Positions 45,350-58,999 of a stretch of DNA of 64,000 nt are shown piece by piece; position 1 is the stretch's first letter; the number at the start of each line of letters is the position of its first letter. The stretch covers positions 19,778,001-19,842,000 of the forward strand of contig OZ024746.1 in NCBI GenBank assembly GCA_964016885.1. The letters are read 5' to 3'. The translations under genes and the position numbers were made by a program. The notes below the pieces were generated by a model that worked only from the letters and a program-made list of their open reading frames with translations, ran no database searches and had not been told where the DNA came from. This stretch comes from Eledone cirrhosa (Eukaryota).

Positions 45350-45715
45350 TTATTCATCTTTGCCCACTTATTCCTATGAGGATCATAGGAGCAGAGTTTC
45401 CAAACACTCCTTCCAGCAGGTCCTGTCAGAAGCAACCATCTCCAATCGATCCAGCTGGATCCCCAATTGAGACCAGCCGAACTCATGGATGTTATCCAAT
45501 CATCTTACTTGGGATCTACCCATAGATCTCGTGCCAGTTGATTTTGCCTGTAAAGTCCAGTGATTCTTTCCTTAGACATTCTAACCATATGTCCATAGTA
45601 TCGGAGCTGTGATCTTTCAATTCAGAGAAGTAGCGACTCTCTGATCTCAAAGTTACACACTCTATCGAGTAACGTTATTCCAAAGACCCTTTGAAGGAAC
45701 CCCATTTTAGCTATA
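45350..45715 (-). mobile_element. Dispersed LINE-3'-end-like repeat family; other copies at ~26995-27290, 30945-31150 (partial) and 55315-55612
   Basis: Shared blocks TTGCCCACTT, GACATTCTAACCA, TTACTCCAAAGACCCTT..GGAACCC. Confidence 0.65.
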
Positions 45716-48340
45716 GGTAAGGGTTGGCACAAATACTGAATGGAAGATACCGAATTTGTCTTTTACACATTTTTATTTTTATTTTTTCCCCTCTTCCTGT
45801 TTATTATTTAATTTAAATTTTTAACACTTTCCTTATTGTATAGAATGAATAAAGACACAGAACTAATGTTTCTATCATCGAACATTTCAGATTTTGATAT
45901 TGAATTAGATCTATTAATGGTATCTCATGTGATGTGCTGGAAGTAAATATTTTTGAGGCACCTCCAGACATCAGGATAACAAATACAATATGACAGTCTG
46001 TGGGAAAAAACAAACAAAAGAGAGATTCTACATGCTACATGATCGCCCTACAAAAAATAGCAGTCACATCACCCTAAAATAGCATCTAACTGCCTTAAGA
46101 AAGAAAGGACATATTGGATAATGTAGTCCTAATCAATGATTGTGACCACAGTTGAACATTCCTGACTAAGTCTCTCCATAATTTACCATTTTCCATTGCT
46201 CCTAGCAACTGCTCCCTACTGAGGTTTGTACTGTCTGAAAGTTGATCAATGAAGGTTTGAGCAGGTCTTCCATTACTGTGTCTCCCATGACTTAGTTCCC
46301 GCTATAGTAGCTTGTGTATAACTTCCTGTTTACTTCTCTGACAAGATCCTGCAAATTGTAACCATAGTCATCTTGAGGAAGTTTCCATATAAACTTTCAT
46401 TTGTAATATTCTGACGCCAGTTTATGTTTTGTTCAACCCTCAGTATTTTAGTGTATGCACCATCTAGTTTCTTCTCAAGGGTTTGTGTCAGGATCTATGT
46501 ACTTAATCCATGCAACAACACTGACTCAAGATACATTAAAAAAATGAGATGGTGCCAACTGGAACACCTTTGATCAAAGTTCTGCTCAATCAGAGATGAT
46601 CTAGGGTTAAACAACATCAACAACGAATGGTAATATCTTTCTTGTTTGACCATCTGCCTATGTTGAAGTAAGGTTGAAATAAAATATTCTATGTAAAAAA
46701 AAAAAAAACAATCTGAAAAAAATGCTTATCAGAGGTGATAAAATAACAAATCGAAAAAGAAAAAGATAGAAAGAAATAGTTACAACTACACTTAGAAACA
46801 TTTTGACGGAAATCTTGAGAGGAAATGAGATTACTGTTGAATATATTGGCCTTTAACATTCCTTACATGTGTGAGTTAATCAGATCTAGGTCATATGCTT
46901 CTAGAAAGATCTTGTATTAGTTTGGCATTGAACCTTCTTTCATTCATTTGATCATTTCCCTTGTATACCTGATAATATAACAAATAACCACATAATACTT
47001 GTATGGTATGGTCCCGTAACTCCAGTGATATAACTAGGGTATGGTAAGCATGGCATGTGCCATGGGCGCCGATTGGACTCGGAGCACTTTCTATCAAAGT
47101 CAGATAAGCTATCGTAGAAGAGTGAAAAAAAAAACTTCTTCAGATGTCTTTGATTATGATGGGTAAGAAGAAGCAGTATGATGGTTGGATCATTATAATA
47201 GAAAATAATAGTTTCTGATTTAGGCACAAGGCCAATCATTTCAGGAGAGTGGAAAGGTAAATCAACCCTGGTGCATTACTGGTACTTTATTTTATCGACT
47301 CCATAAAGATGAAATGTAAAGCTAATCTCGGCGGGATTTGAACTAAGAACGTAAAGGGACATAACTCTATGCTTCAAAACATGTCCGACGCTCCACCGAT
47401 TACTGTCAATCCCCCAAAATCAAATATATGTATACTTTCTTTTAAATTAGTTATTAATAAACGTTATAGCTATAATTACAGTTACCGAAAAATAAACAGA
47501 AATAGTAATTTCTTTTTAGGGTAGGAATTATTTTAATGTTTTTAGCTTTCTTTAGAATGGATGGAGATTTTATTCAGCAAATATCAAATTTTCTTATTAC
47601 ATTTCTTTAAAAAGAAATGTAATAGTTTTCGACGCTTGAACGGTTATGACAGAGTAGCCTCCCTTATATAATAAGTTGATTTGTTCCCAAAATCCCAAAT
47701 GCAGAGACTTCTCACTCCTGTTGGAGGAACCCCCTCCCTTGTTGACATCCACTGCTTCATATTTCTGGCCGTTATGTGGGGCCGAGGTATCTAGTCAGAT
47801 TATCACGCCATCTTGCCTTTGGCCGCCCTCAGGTTCTTCTCCACTGCCTTGGTGTCTACTGTAACACTCTAATAGTCCACATGTTGTCTCTAAGACGAGA
47901 GACGTGGCCAGCCCATCTATGTTTGCCCTTCCTTCTTAATGGTTTCGGTTATGTCCTTCATGCCAGTTTGCTGTCGAATTCAAGTGTTTTTCTTCCTGTC
48001 ACGTAAAATAATACCGAGCATGTTTCGTTCCATTTTACCACTACAAGAGTCTCTGCAGTGGTGGTGTTCAGTGCCCACGCCTCCATTTGTATTAGAAAGT
48101 AATAAAAAAAATGTTTAATTAGTTAATGACTAATGGCAAAATTAAAATAGGGTAAAGAGCCAATAATGCATATAACTATAAATTTCAGAAGGCAGTCATG
48201 AACACCAGTTTGACAGAAAAAAAAATGCAAACTTATTAAATAAGATGTGTTAAGGCTTGTTGACAGAAATCCTAAATATACATAAGTAAAAAAAAATTCT
48301 TTTAAATCTACTGAAAACAAGTGATTTTTGCGTTTATATA

Positions 48341-48561
48341 CAAGGTGAGTCATAAGTAACCGGATAGCTAAACATTTTTAATGCAAGGTTCACTGATAAC
48401 TTTTTGAACATTCGCATATTTGTGTGTAATCAGCCATGGTTATATATTTTTAGCTACTTTTGTTTGATATAATTGTAATTTCATAATGTATGACCAGAAT
48501 TTTAGTAAATATCATTTGGAATATAAATGGTGGACTACCCAGTTACTTGTGACTCACTCTG
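48341..48561. mobile_element. Tc1/mariner-type MITE with ~27-bp TIRs and TA flanks
   Basis: CAAGGTGAGTCATAAGTAACCGGATAG ... CTACCCAGTTACTTGTGACTCACTCTG. Confidence 0.75.
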
Positions 48562-49139
48562 TATATAGCCAAGTCTTTCAATGTCAGAATACCAGTAGGA
48601 TTCACATGATTGTAATTCGTCATTAGTATTGTGTTGTGTCTGTGGTAACATCTCTTAACTATATAACCCTTCTCCATTCAGCTGTAAATAACTATTGCAA
48701 GCAGAAATAACACGGCACATTAAAACATAAAGAACCAATTTCATTGAATGAATGTGCAGTTATCGACCTAGAATTACCTCCCTTAAATCCTTCTTCTATA
48801 TAACTGTAAAGACCAAATTTCATGTTTTATACCAATATTTTATATTCTTATTCTACTGTTCTTATGATTTATGGTTTAAATGAATATCATAAACTTCACG
48901 CTGGTTGCCGTCAAGACATCAGGTATTCTAGGTCCCCGAACTGCCATATTCCTTCGCAAAATCAGAAAAACAGCAGCCTGCATAAGAAGTATTAGAAGAG
49001 AGTAGCTGAAAGAAATATAATTATTTAGAAATTCAGTCAAAACCAATCGACATTATACTCTTGGTTGGATGCTAGAGGCTCCCCAACTTGCTGAAGTTCC
49101 AGATACTATAATCAGGCCCATAGACAACCTAGCTTCATC

Positions 49140-49730
49140 CTGCGCCAATATTCTGAAGTTAAATACAGGGAAGGACTATATATTTCAAGGAAACAGTCTT
49201 TCTGTGATGCTGTTTATACTGTCAGTAAATCTCGTCTTTTATGCTGAGGAAATATGAAAGGTACACAATTGGTTCACAGAAGGCCAGATATACTAATCTT
49301 ACACATAACTTATTTGTGGGTGATCTTAAAATGTATGCCAAGAATATAAATGATATGAAGAAAAACCTTCACCTGGTTATATTTTCAAAAGATACAGGAA
49401 TTAAATTTGGCCAGGATAAATGTTCCTACATGGTTGTAAAGTGAGGGAAAGCCAATATAGCAACATCTTTATTAATGGCTTAACTCTTTTACCAATATCT
49501 GACAAAAAATGCTACAGATACGTAATCATGGAATATAACAACCAGATAAGGAAAATATAGTCCTCAGAACTCTCTGTTTACAATAAATCAGTGGTCCCCA
49601 ATGTGTTTGCTGTACATGTACTAACATTAATATTTGGAGTATTTGACTGAAGTTAAGATAAGATTTGAGCCATTGATTTTAGAAGTCCACAACATTTTAA
49701 CCAGCACCAGAAATTTCCACATCAAGTGAC
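49140..49730 (+). mobile_element. Degenerate R4/Dong-clade non-LTR reverse transcriptase fragment
   Basis: IFQGNSLSVMLFILSVN, THNLFVGDLKMYAK, FSKDTGIKFGQDKC correspond to the R4-type GIFQGDSLS / HLLFVDDLKLY / FSNDIGMEFGLDKC motifs; frameshifted. Confidence 0.75.
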
Positions 49731-50059
49731 AATGGTGCCTGGTTCTTTGTGTGGTGAGTGGTAGCGTGTTATGTATTTTATAATTACTAATATATGTGGA
49801 TTGGCAGTAACCGGTAGAGAGTTAGACAACATACTTCATGGCATACAGTTATGTCCTTTTACGTTCTGAGTTCAAATTCCAATTCCACCAAGGTTAGCTT
49901 TGCTTTTAATCCTTACGGGGTTGATAAAATAAAGCACCAGTAATGCACTGAAATCACTGTAATTGACTTTCCCCTCCCCCAAAATTGCTGGCTTTGAGCC
50001 TAAATCAGAAACCCTTATTTGTTAGGTGTGGAAAAAAAGTCTGTGTCCTTGACCTTTTC

Positions 50060-50455
50060 GTTCCTCTGCGGTCAATGAGACTAGCTGTCGGTGTTCAATT
50101 TAAGTTGTTGTAGGTCAACTTCTGCAGGGAAAGCATTCCAGAAGCACGACATTCTTGGGAGGAAGGATTGTGTGTAGTGGTTAATACAGGGTCTTGGGAG
50201 TTAGACACAATATGGATGATAAGAGACGAATGAGAGAGGGACAGAGGTGTCTAAGTGAAGGTGGCATGAAATCAGCCAGGTCTGAGGAGCAGTTGTCATT
50301 GTAGTAGCAGTAGATATGTGAGCCAGAGGCTGGAGTGTGTCTGTCAGTGACTTTATGCCAATTAGATGTGTGGCCTTTTTCTGGATGTAGTATAGGATGC
50401 AAGTGTAACACTGTTCCAGATGTGGGAGCATTTCTCCATTGTGGATTTTACCTAG
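50060..50455 (-). mobile_element. Degenerate CR1/Jockey-group LINE 3' fragment
   Basis: IQKKATHLIG..LTDTLQPLAH and YCYYNDNCSSDLADFMPP in different frames. Confidence 0.6.
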
Positions 50456-50469
50456 ATATTGTAGTGCAT

Positions 50470-51050
50470 ATATACATGCACGTATCGGTTTACTGAACAT
50501 TTATTATAATGCTCGGTTTGTTTGTAAACAAACAGCCCGAATTACGCCGTACAGTGTTTAGGCAACCACGTCACCTTTTTGTTCAACAACCGATACGTGC
50601 ATGTATATATGTGTGCATGTATGTATATATATACATACTACTGTACGTCTGTATACATATATGTATGTACGTATATATACATACATACTTACATTTAAGT
50701 AACTGCCGTACTAAGAGTGAGAAATGAAATTTCGTTTCATTCTATTCCATTTATCGTTTTCGGTGCGCCCGGCCGACTAAACTCACTCGATATGCAAATT
50801 AGGCTGCTCAGCCGTTACTATGCATAAGGAAAGTATATACTTTCAGACGTTCAACCATCTGGCAGGAAGGTATACGATGTTGACGATAGCTAATAAGCTT
50901 GAAACTAGTACATCGTTCCTGTGTCAGTGTTGAACAAAAAGGTGACGTGGTTGCCTAAACACTGTACGACGTAATTCGGTCGGTTTGTTTGTTTACAAAC
51001 AAACCGAGCATTATAATAAATGTTCGGTAAACCGATACGTGTATGTATAC
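50470..51050. mobile_element. Inverted pair of ~120-bp MITE-like units (50470-50608 and 50928-51050) around a CpG-rich spacer
   Basis: The first unit has its own TIRs (ATACATGCACGTATCGGTT / AACCGATACGTGCATGTAT). The second is a close reverse complement lacking one TIR. Confidence 0.7.
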
Positions 51051-51077
51051 ATATATGTATGTACGTATACATACATA

Positions 51078-51110
<33 letters not shown>

Positions 51111-51112
<2 letters not shown>

Positions 51113-51183
51113 CGAAGGAGTTGTAGTAAGGAACCAGATGGACCATAACGCACCAGAGTACTCAATACTTAGGGTAGTAGAGT
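51111..51183 (-). mobile_element. Third copy (tail only) of the Penelope-like TA-associated element
   Basis: Near identical to 42224-42296; embedded in (TA)n. Confidence 0.7.
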
Positions 51184-51199
51184 ATATCTATATATATAT

Positions 51200-51380
51200 A
51201 GGGGGAGAGAGAATGTCTTTGGTGCTGAGAACGAGGAGACCACTAATCATGGGAGTACTCGGTGCACTGGGAGATGCAGAGTGGGTATAGAGATATGTAA
51301 GATCCTGACCACGGCACCAATCGGTTTCGACTTGTGTCCGTAAACGCTTAGCGCCGTAGTCTTGATTTACTTATTTCTCT
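51200..51380 (-). mobile_element. Related Penelope-like terminal fragment, different subfamily
   Basis: Minus strand GTCGAAACC...GGTC followed by CCCACTCT...GAGTACTC...TGGTC, similar to the tail of the family above; TA flanks. Confidence 0.45.
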
Positions 51381-51381
51381 G

Positions 51382-51413
<32 letters not shown>

Positions 51414-51514
51414 TATAATCACTATTTTATAGTCATTGCAGATATTTGAAATGGGATAAAAATAAATAAATAAGGACGTAATATCTAAAAGAGATAATTT
51501 CAAACCTCGGGATA

Positions 51515-51694
51515 CGAGGGTAAGCTGACTATGAAGGAGTTGATGCTAGTCCTGTGAAATCTTGCATGCATTAATTTCAATTCTTCTTATTAATAACCTC
51601 ATTGTGACCAGAGACTGTGTTGAAAACTAAACCTCCTTTGGTCATTCCATGAGAGTATCTTGGTCAGCCTAAAGAACTCATCGGCCGACCCTTA
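51515..51694. mobile_element. Mariner-type MITE, same family as 38987-39158, opposite orientation
   Basis: TA-CGAGGGTAAGCTGACTAT ... TCGGCCGACCCTTA-TA; internal ATTCCATGAGAGTATCTTGGTCAGCCT is shared with the other copy. Confidence 0.78.
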
Positions 51695-51786
51695 TAGATG
51701 CGAGGTATAGCTAGCTATAGTTGGTTGAATATTTTGTACCGAAAAGTATTATTTAAGAGGGCGTACACAGACCGGATATTGACAAG

Positions 51787-51797
51787 TGCGCATGCGC
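51787..51797. promoter_or_regulatory. NRF1-type site TGCGCATGCGC in the CAND1 proximal promoter
   Basis: Matches the NRF1/EWG consensus YGCGCAYGCGC, ~260 bp upstream of the CAND1 ATG in CpG-retaining DNA. Confidence 0.6.
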
Positions 51798-52055
51798 TCA
51801 AGAACATACCTGCATCCCAGTTGCAAGCGGGATTCTGAGCTGAAAAAAAATATTTTTAATGCTTTGTTCCATCTAACATCTTTTAATGCTTCCTTAAAAA
51901 GAAAAACACAAACACAAAAAAAAAACGAAACAAAACGAAAGAAAAAAGAATTCTTGTGACTAATTGAAAATTTGTTTGCGTAAAAGAAATATTATTATTA
52001 TAAGAAAAACAAACGTCTAAACACAAAGCACGTACCTCCCTCTAAATCCGTCAAA

Positions 52056-52097
52056 ATGACCGGCGTATCGTATCACATCGCCAATCTGCTGGAAAAG
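52056..52097 (+). CDS. CAND1: Cullin-associated NEDD8-dissociated protein 1, coding exon 1 (MTGVSYHIANLLEK)
   Basis: caaaATG start, AAG|GTGAG donor, 42 nt; matches the CAND1 N-terminus MASASYHISNLLEK. Confidence 0.95.
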
Positions 52098-54499
52098 GTG
52101 AGCCGCCCGGCGTTCTTCAAACTATATTGTATATATACACAAACGTTTAATGCATATATCTATACTTAAATTTATATTCATTTGATTTACTTTCACAGTT
52201 TTTTAATACTTGGTTTGACTTTCCACTATATGACGTCCATTATTTTTTTTCTTCGCTTCTCTATTTTTTTTTTTTTTTACGGCGGACTGATGTCTGTGTG
52301 TTATGTTTTGTGTCCGTGTAAATTGTATATGGATTCTACCACTACATAACAAATATAAAAATGCAAGCGGGAGCCTTTTTTAATGTCATTTATGGTGTTA
52401 ATGTTTGGCAGTAGCAAACAAATTAGGTAGACATTAAGTAAAGCCAAAAAATTTCATGCGAAGACGTCAACCGATTGAAATAGCAGTGTAGAACTTAAAA
52501 GAACAAACAATCGAAAGAATTTAACAAAATAATAATCGAAAGTGTTTGGAAGAAGCAATCTATTTTAATCTAAGTTTATTATAAAACGAAAGAAAAAACA
52601 ATAATAGAAAATGAAAACAACGAAATGTTGAATGGCTAAACCCTTTTAGGGCTGACACATTTAACTTTTGTCAACATTGATATTTCTAGAAAATTGTATT
52701 TTATAATTCAAATCTATTAATTAGATCTGTTGATTTCGTATGGATTTTGTAACATACTTTACTCCTGCGTATTTAAAAATATATCTTTGTTTTTTTTTTT
52801 AATATTAAAATTGTATATATTTTAATGTTTAGATCACAAGGTATCTGCTATACCACCTCCTCAGTAAGGTATTCCTTCAGTTTATTATAGATTTCCTTTA
52901 TTTTATTAACAGAAATTTATAGAATCTAATGTTCTAACTTCTCCATGGCCGTTATCTGTTATAAATCACTGTTGTAGTATTTTTCGCGATTTGTATTAAT
53001 TAAATTTTACAGTGTAATGATAAAATTGCTTTTTTTTTTCCTTTCTTTCGCTATACTAGATAAATAAAACATTCTGAAAAAGCTAATCGTAATATGAACA
53101 GGTTCTCTACGATTCAATCAATTTAATATATATATATATAGTGTACATTTCTATCTACTTAAATGATTTTAAAGAATACCAGCTGTACGAAACGTTCCGA
53201 ATGATCACAGCACATGGTTTTACACGCTTCTTTCTCACCTAGAATTAATTTCATTGCTTCACTATATATATATATTTATACCTACTAACATAAAGCAAGC
53301 GAGGGAATCTCTATGTGATTGCTAGCCCTGTTAGAAATAGCAGTAAAATCTCCCTCAAATCGCACACCGCTGTCTGAAATAAAGGACACATTGGACAGTG
53401 GTAGTCCTTCATACAAAAAGACAAGATGGTTGCGGTTGAAATTCCTTTAACCACAGATCTGCTCAAACAGAACTGACCTGGGGCTAAATAACAACTAATT
53501 AACATTGTTTTGTGGCAATTATGCAGCTTTCTTCGGCTACTTATTTATTTTCTACTTTGTTTTTTTTTTTAAAAGGAAATAAACGTAAAATGATGTGGCA
53601 TATGATTCATTAATTGAAAGTAATAGTCGAATGTCGATTTTGTTTTTAGTTGTGGACAATAATGTCATCCGAGTTTGAAATAAACATGTGTACAAACTGT
53701 CATTTTCAATTATATTACTTACAAATAACTGAACTATTTATGTATACTACAAATGTACGGACATATTTACTTTAAAGAATTCTTGTAGCTTTGTAGGATT
53801 AGGAATATTACCCAAGGCGGTGAATAGAATATTGCGTTGCAGCATTTAGTTACGTCCCTTTATTCTCTAGGTTTAAAAATCTTGTCAGCCAACTTTGCTT
53901 TTTTATCCTTCGAATCTAAGAAATAAATAGCAGTCATATGCTAGGAATCGAGGGTAATCACTGACTGTAGCGCTCGACATAAGAAAATGAAAATATTGCA
54001 GTCACCGGTTTCATTTCGCATGTTCACAAGTCGAGAGAACCTTAACTCTGTGTATATGCAATGAATCCGGTGAAGCGGGCAGGATTGTTTTGTTTTCTTA
54101 TGTCAGAAATACCATAGGGAGGTTCTATTTAATTGACTGTATTGTTCTCTTATAAATCTTTGACCATGTGTAAATGTAAAAAAAACCCAAAAAACTATTA
54201 ATATTCGATGCCAGAAGTATGATGAAACGTAAAGCTGGCCTTGGCTGTGAGGTCGAAAAAATAAAGTGCCAGTCAAATACAAGAGTAGATTTGATCAATA
54301 TTCCATCTCTGATTTCTGTCCTTATGAATCTTAAGGATTGGGAGAATAGTTAAAACGTCAGAAAAAAATGCCTTGCGGTATTTGTTACATTTTGAGTTCA
54401 AATTCCGTCGAGGTCAACTTTGCCTTTCCATGCAACTTAGTTTCACGATATTCACTATGCATTACTTAATGGTGTCTACTCGTCTCCACTAATTTATCT

Positions 54500-54550
<51 letters not shown>

Positions 54551-56579
54551 CAACTTATATTTATCTAAGACTGCATGATTCCTGATTGCAGCACAAGATC
54601 AAGTCCTTTCCATCAGTAACCTCAGTGAAAGAACTGCAGAATATGGTAGTTTTTTTATGAGGAGGGGGGGGGGGGGGGGGAATCCTGTGCCACAATAAAG
54701 AATTCTTGAGACAGTCAATGTTGCAAGATTATCTTTTCATAAGAGATAATCTTTGTTGTGTATTTCTGTGTAAATAGGGAGTAATAGTAGGAAATATGTT
54801 TACACTTGTAGTTATATCTACATTAAATCTATCAGTCTTTTAATATAGACTGTGTTCTGCATAAATATTAATGTTGTTAAATGAAGGTATGTTATGCAAA
54901 TTAGACGGATCATTTCAGTTATGCTCTACATCCTTAACCTACAGTCAGTAGGCCCCTCCAAACCAAACATACACCTTAACCCACTACCCCACTCCTGCCA
55001 ACACCACCCTTTCTCTATAAAGTTATGTTGGTACCACAACATCCAGTGAAAACTAATGAGATGGTGTAGGTGTCACAACAAAAAAACACAGTCTACGCTG
55101 TAATGTGGCTGTATAGGTAACACAGTAAAAAGTTCCCAGTCCACACTGTAAATGTGGTTGGGTGTTAGGAAGGGCATCCAGCCATAGAAAACCTGCCATA
55201 TAGTCCTATACAAGCGAGATACAGCCACCCGACTAATCTTGCCTCAAGTGGGACAACTCCTGTCTAACCCATGCTACCATGGAAGATAGACGTTAAACGA
55301 TGATGATGATGATCCTTCTTTGCCCACTTTGTCCTTGGAGGGTCGTAGGGAGTCCTCAAACATTCCTTTTCAGCGGGTTCTATCAACCATCTCTAATTGC
55401 GCAGGTCTACTCCTGGGTCTCCTGCTGGTTGGTTTTGCCTGTAAAATCTGTCCAGTGATTCTTTTCTGAGACATTCTAACCACGTCCATAATATTGGAGC
55501 TGTGATCTCTCAATTCAGAGAAGTAGCAGCTTTACTTAGAGTGACTCTTTGATCCATTGGCTACTCACTGTATTGAATAACGTTACTCCAAAGACCCTTC
55601 GGAGGAATCCCATAAATAGCAATTCTATAAAGATCCTTCTGTTGGCAGAATCATAGGTGCAGTTATTTTCTAATGGGTAAATAATTTAAATGCCTCTTAT
55701 GTTTTTCTGTGTACAAAGGGAACAGTAAAAAGTGTTTACACATACTTCTTTTCTCAATGAGGTTTCTAATTTAAAAACTAGTTATATCTACAATAAATTT
55801 ATCTTAAATTGTTGATAGATATATCAAAATATTTTCTACCACTTGAGAATTATTTCTGGTACTACTTTTTCATTTATTGTGTGGCTATCATGTTAGATTT
55901 GAATCTGAGAACCTGTTTCAATTCATATTTCACTTACCTTTTAAATGGTTGGCATTCTACTTAGGAAAGAAATCAATATTTGAATATTGATTGTGCATTT
56001 TTATTTTCATCTAAGTTAATCTTGATAAAATATTGAGATTATTTCTACATTATACAAAAGAATGTTTCTTTCTCTGTACATTTAGGTAAAACTAAACAAA
56101 TATATGTTGGTGACCAAGTTATCTTGTTAGGAAAATGATTGACATGCCAAAAATATTTGATGTTCAGTTACCAATTTATTAACAAGGTTATATTGTTCCT
56201 CTATATCTTTTTGAAAGAAATCTGGAGGGGGGTGGGTTCTACCAGGCTTAAAAATGCCTTAGAAAAGCCATCTGTCACTATGGTGCCCCTACGACTCCAT
56301 CAGGAATTATGGGACCTAGCCATACAAAAAAAATTATAATAATAATTGTCTGCTTTTGAAATCTGTCAGGTTTTTTCCTCCTCTTTTTTCCTGATGTACA
56401 GAAGAGAAAAAAAATTCTGTTAAGTTATAGAATGTTTATTTTTAATTTGGCAAACTAGCTTGCTTTTACCAAATTTAAACTGGTGATCAAAGTATGTAAC
56501 ACTAGATCCAGTCAGCTGGGCTAATATTCAGCAATTGTCATCTTTTTGACAATGTAGTCTTATATATATATATATTTGT

Positions 56580-57860
56580 ATCACCATCATCGTTGTCATT
56601 TTAATGTCCACTTTCCCTGCTAGCAAGGGTTGGATACGTCTACATAGACCCAGTCAGTACTGAAGAGGAGCTACTGACCTCCTCCCAGACAGGCCATGAT
56701 TGATGCTCCATTGCGTGTACAAGAAAGGTTGCCATTTCTTTGACACAACTGAGGATCCTCTCAATCCTTTGTTTGACAACATTTCTATGGCTGGATGCCC
56801 TTCCTATCACCAACCACTTTACAGTGTGTACTGGGTGTATTGTGTAGATCACCAATGATAGGGAAGTTGTCATCTCTTTGACATGACTGAAGGGTCTTCT
56901 CAACCGTTTGTTTGGCAAGCTGTCTACAGCTGAATGCCCTTCCCATCACCAACCACTTCACAAGGTAGGGTGGGGTGCATACGCAATAGTTGAAGTAGTG
57001 ATGTTGAGAATAACTGTTGGAGTGGGAAGTAGGTCAGGTCACATTGTATGCTGCAGGTCGGGTCTTCTTCGGCATTGCAGAGCACCAGCCTTCGCATACT
57101 TTAGTCATTTCTGCTCTGAGGGTTAGTTTTTTAAGGTCAGTCTTCACAACACTATCCCATGTCTGTCTCCTCCATGGGTCCCAGCCACTGTGGTTTCTCT
57201 GCATTTCTTCATGCAGTTGTTATCTTCCATGCCACATATCCATACCAACGCAGTCTTCTCTCTTGCACACTATATCCAATTCCTCCTATGCCGAGTTTTT
57301 CCTTTAGTTTGTTTATGCTATGCCATTCATGTGCACTAACATTACACAGCCATCAGAGCATACTTGACATTTCTTTCTAGCCTCCGTAGGTCTTCTGCAG
57401 TCAAGGTCCATGTTCCACTACTATATAGCATTGCAGTTTGCACTCATGCATCATACAGTCTACCCTTCACTCTGAGAGAAAAGCATTTTGTTCTAAGCGG
57501 TGGTAATAGATCTCTAAATTTCTTCCAGTCTGTTTTATCGGAGCTATCATACTTTCAGCGCATCCTTCCCCACTACTAATTTAATCTCCTAGGTATCAAA
57601 AGCTGTCAACAAGTTGTATGGAGCCACCCTGGCAACTGAGGGAATCTATTTCATGTGTGCTCTTAGTGTTCACTTTCCATCTGCTGCATATAATGTCTGT
57701 TTTTTTCTGTTAGCCTACCTGCAATCCCACTACATCTCTTGTGTGTCCATAATTTACATTGTGTGCACCTTATGGCATTCTGACATTGAACATGGCCACT
57801 TTCCTGATGGTATCACCTTCCTGTCTTCTTTCCTACTTATTAAGACTTGTCTTCACTAAA
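56580..57860 (-). mobile_element. Degenerate RTE LINE 3' fragment
   Basis: Homologous to 11200-11570 (CCATACCAACGCAGTCTTCTC, GCATCATACAGTCT); 3' UTR with GGATGCCCTTCCTA. Confidence 0.75.
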
Positions 57861-57877
57861 TTTACTTATATATATTC

Positions 57878-58315
57878 ATCCAAGATGACCTGGGATGAGG
57901 TGATAAAAGCCGACCTTACCCAATTACACCTCTCAAATGCGATGACACACGACCGTGACCTCTGGCGTCACGCAGTAATACAGAGTACCCGACTTCCCAT
58001 GGGTACAAGCTGAAGCATATAGACAATATGCCCCCACACCCCCCACCGCAAGGTGGTCGTGGAGGTGCCATGGCAAAAAAGCACCCAGCCCACACTGTAA
58101 AGTGGACGTGTAGGCGCCACGAAAAAGCACCCAGCACTCACTGTAAATGAGGTTGGTGTTAGGAAGGGCATCCAGCTGTAGAAATCAAGCCAAATCAGTT
58201 CCTGTATGAGCAAGGCATGGTCAGCCGACCAGAGACTGCCCACAACAGGACAACCCGTCTAACCCATGCTAGCGTGGAAGAACGGACGTAAAACGGTGAT
58301 GATGATGATGATGAT
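57878..58315 (+). mobile_element. Young RTE LINE 3' end
   Basis: Encodes TWDEVIKADLTQLHLSNAMTHDRDLWRHAV followed by the same 3' UTR and (GAT)n tail. Confidence 0.85.
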
Positions 58316-58717
58316 TTTGTTATAGAAATAACATATCTGCAGGACTAGAACTGTTTCATTTGTTAGAAATCATCAGAAGTTATCTCTAAAATGAATATAC
58401 CTATACTTTACTGAGAACGTTTTTTGACAGTGGTTGCCTCCAGATTTGCATTGGAATTCTACATATATATATATACATACAAACATATATGAAAAGACAA
58501 GATTGTCTTGGCTGGAATGCCTTTGATAATAGGTCTGATTTAACAGTGTTGACCTATTGTTAAACAACTCCATAGTTATGCCATTGTGAAAGTTGTTTCA
58601 TGGGTCTCCACTTCTTGTACTATTTTGTGTAAATTTCTAAAGATTATAGTCTCCAGAAAAAAGTGGTTGTGTTACAACCATGATGTTCATCTGGAAAATG
58701 TAATTTTCTAAATTTAA

Positions 58718-58923
58718 CCCTTTAACATCTACATTACTCTATATTTACTATTGTATTTTCACTGTAAACACTTTATCTCACATAATATCAAATCTACGAG
58801 ATTTTGATATTATTCATTTTGAGAACAATACCTTAACAAGTATGAGCAGCCAGTTATGACCGGTTTTAACAGAAAGAGGTGAGAGAATTCTGGTTGGATA
58901 TGGTCAGTTTAAATGCTAAAGGG
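58718..58923. mobile_element. piggyBac-like MITE with TTAA target duplication
   Basis: TTAA-CCCTTTAACAT ... ATGCTAAAGGG-TTAA. Confidence 0.7.
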
Positions 58924-58999
58924 TTAAAGCATTTTCCAATACAAAACATAAAATTATTTTTAAAGTTATGCTTTGTTGTTAATGTGAAATGTGGATTTG

